From the NCBI GenBank assembly GCA_964019335.1, contig OZ025710.1, positions 310,001-374,000 of the forward strand: DNA of 64,000 bases, given 5' to 3'. Source of the stretch: Diplonema japonicum. Its lineage: Eukaryota > Protista > Euglenozoa: Diplonemea. This document shows positions 63,301 through 64,000 of the stretch, piece by piece; the stretch's first letter is position 1, and each line of letters opens with the position of its first letter. A program made the translations under genes and the position numbers. Below the pieces are notes generated by a model that saw only the letters and a list, made by a program, of their open reading frames with translations, did not search any database and was not told where the DNA came from.

Positions 63301-64000
63301 GGGATCGTGATGAGGAGGTTCAGCTACCACACCTTCCAGGACGACAACGCGGAGGCGAAGCTGAAGCCGCTTGTGACGGACCCGAAGAACGACCACTTCA
63401 TGAACCTCATGCTGGACGAGATCCCGGGGCAGGTGCTGGAGCCCTTCTGCGACCCGAACTCGAAGTTCGGGAAGGCGCTGATCCCCCCCGTGGACGCGAA
63501 GCACTACCAGTGCGCGACCTGGGGGTTCAAGGACGAGTGCAACGCCGACAGCCTGTGCGAGTGGACGACCCCGCGTCTCACGACCTGCTCGTCCACGACG
63601 GGGTGCCCCCAGCTGAACTGCCAGGGGATCCCGCAGCAGTACAAGGGACTGTACGACTGCAGCAAGTGCAAGCTGCAGAGGGCGACGGTGATCTGCGGGG
63701 CGACGGTGCGGTCGTCGATCTCCGGGACGTGCGAGGAGACACACTGCGCGAAGTGCTGCGACAAAAAGTGCTGCGACGCCGACCCCGCGTGCGGGTGGCA
63801 GACACCGGGCGACGTGTGCGTGCGCAACGTGTGCAAGTACACGGACCAGAACGCGTGTGTGAACGACCCCGACCTCCTGTGCAAGTGGGACGGGAGCAAG
63901 TGCGACCCGAAGCCGTGCGGCTCGATCTTCGTGAGGGAAAAGTGTTTGAACAGCACGGCGGACTGCCAGTGGGACACGTCCCTCGACCCCCCCGTGTGCA
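60331..64000 (+). CDS. Large secreted/surface protein, 3'-partial: signal peptide, cadherin-like repeat, C-type lectin domain, Cys-rich repeats, vWA domain, more Cys-rich repeats
   Basis: Frame from ATG 60331 (MHRPVMLVSLAASCLG) runs off the window, so it is absent from the ORF track. GYLITITS..E..GWIG..D...EGEWRW, YANW...EPN..WND..YVCE; DVAFVVDGSGSM near 62716; HVVIIIADG; many C.W..C repeats. Confidence 0.88.
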   Translation, partial: MHRPVMLVSLAASCLGTVYDQGVPMTPFPDVKCSDITFTPGAGCSCTTTISGSVVDVEDGFDPATDTLTCGACASLGITPNFDRTTGILQMSGDATIDQYAQAIASVTFTSTSGAGTSRRLTYNFGHAMYSTHTGNFYEYYPKNNVNCNTVGNCHWDDAQSECADKSKDILGLAGYLITITSQDEQDVASAKLHGEGWIGSADIAKEGEWRWLTGPEGCPPYNLQLTGAARTACDVGYPLPELKDACSGPDCGQGMLIGSGKGSSFRTASGAYANWATAEPNEYSKDCPGTCATTGEDYGHYYGSGKWNDYPNGHTRIEGYVCEWGGVGNLCMSKDDVYGSQIVTAGCSSYTNQGVCEARLPAGSCKWDRTQNPAKCVEAGCRRYDSMTTCEGDLMCDWDTTKSPPECVDNYCAVTHAAAASCNADKTADGPCYWKGNTCQPLVCTDVTDKCSCLQASPQCAWVGGTCVNPALTSNPLCGGKATDSACMADANCVWDMSRTPLCQISECYPLCTQQTCSAKSGCTWDGTDCKREQPGCAKHADAASCKQDDKCLWDVMWATANTCVDNPCRTITDQQACTAVAMEMPSPCTAPRGNPDYCFLNVCEYDANKAPSCNPKKCLHTAEGECNAEDGCQWVPLATPAPTGPPSTLVEYCAEEKCKYTNTQQCNNDPYCKWDDQRSTCVEAKCPKHPDELTCDQDKVCHWDSSSSPPICGPTVCGVHTTQGACTANSGCMWEDSSNPAYCTAASCERYNVPNPNDKCGCVADPDCSWVADTTGSGNSHCAKTSFSTCPDMDVAFVVDGSGSMSRSFGNHPHGFYGLMETLRDWVRTLPLTGEDHTVGGNSNVKGGGFRLTFIQFSRAEATPAMDHPTNCAVGQCTDGLFSGNINELMGDIDWHEANYQGQWTYLHDALLDVADHAFLPTQSPPHRKHVVIIIADGGLTDYDGDACSAGTSCGQCPRGCDANWKPTYPGMLDDAQQKLRDEDVIVFGIVMRRFSYHTFQDDNAEAKLKPLVTDPKNDHFMNLMLDEIPGQVLEPFCDPNSKFGKALIPPVDAKHYQCATWGFKDECNADSLCEWTTPRLTTCSSTTGCPQLNCQGIPQQYKGLYDCSKCKLQRATVICGATVRSSISGTCEETHCAKCCDKKCCDADPACGWQTPGDVCVRNVCKYTDQNACVNDPDLLCKWDGSKCDPKPCGSIFVREKCLNSTADCQWDTSLDPPVC

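Noticed and set aside
1-64000. tRNA, rRNA, CRISPR arrays, intact transposase or reverse transcriptase genes
   Set aside because: No such signatures seen by eye; a tRNAscan/cmscan run would be needed to exclude small RNAs.

Overview
Gene-dense eukaryotic nuclear DNA. About 24 protein-coding genes plus two retroelement-like fragments lie head-to-tail, all on the + strand, separated by short spacers rich in poly(T), poly(A) and poly(C). I reconstructed 27 short GT-AG introns by hand (37-114 nt, mostly 40-60 nt). They join the fragmented ORFs into coherent genes. Recognisable genes: myosin (5' partial), DNAH1-type axonemal dynein heavy chain, a BLUF/cyclase-like protein, Kelch protein, two identical RPS15 copies, a PUF protein, a divergent EF-Ts, a FYVE-like protein, kinesin, NDUFAF5, LRR protein, EF-hand protein, GPR180/TMEM145-like protein, MCM8, DNAJC2, Tim17, and a GC-rich C-type lectin/vWA/Cys-repeat surface protein (3' partial, missing from the ORF track). 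The one-strand gene array, frequent cis-introns and Euglena-type BLUF architecture suggest a non-kinetoplastid euglenozoan such as a diplonemid (inference only). Most interesting signals: (1) a BLUF-cyclase-BLUF-cyclase protein built like Euglena PAC but with degenerate cyclase domains; (2) an exact 44-nt element present twice after poly(Y)-AG acceptors, whose hairpin loop is complementary to the dominant 5' splice site of this genome; (3) introns in tight clusters, about half with A-tracts instead of polypyrimidine tracts; (4) a recurrent upstream motif CCMCTCKARGAC; (5) an EF-Ts fold lacking the TDFV motif. All assignments come from motif recognition by eye; no searches were run.
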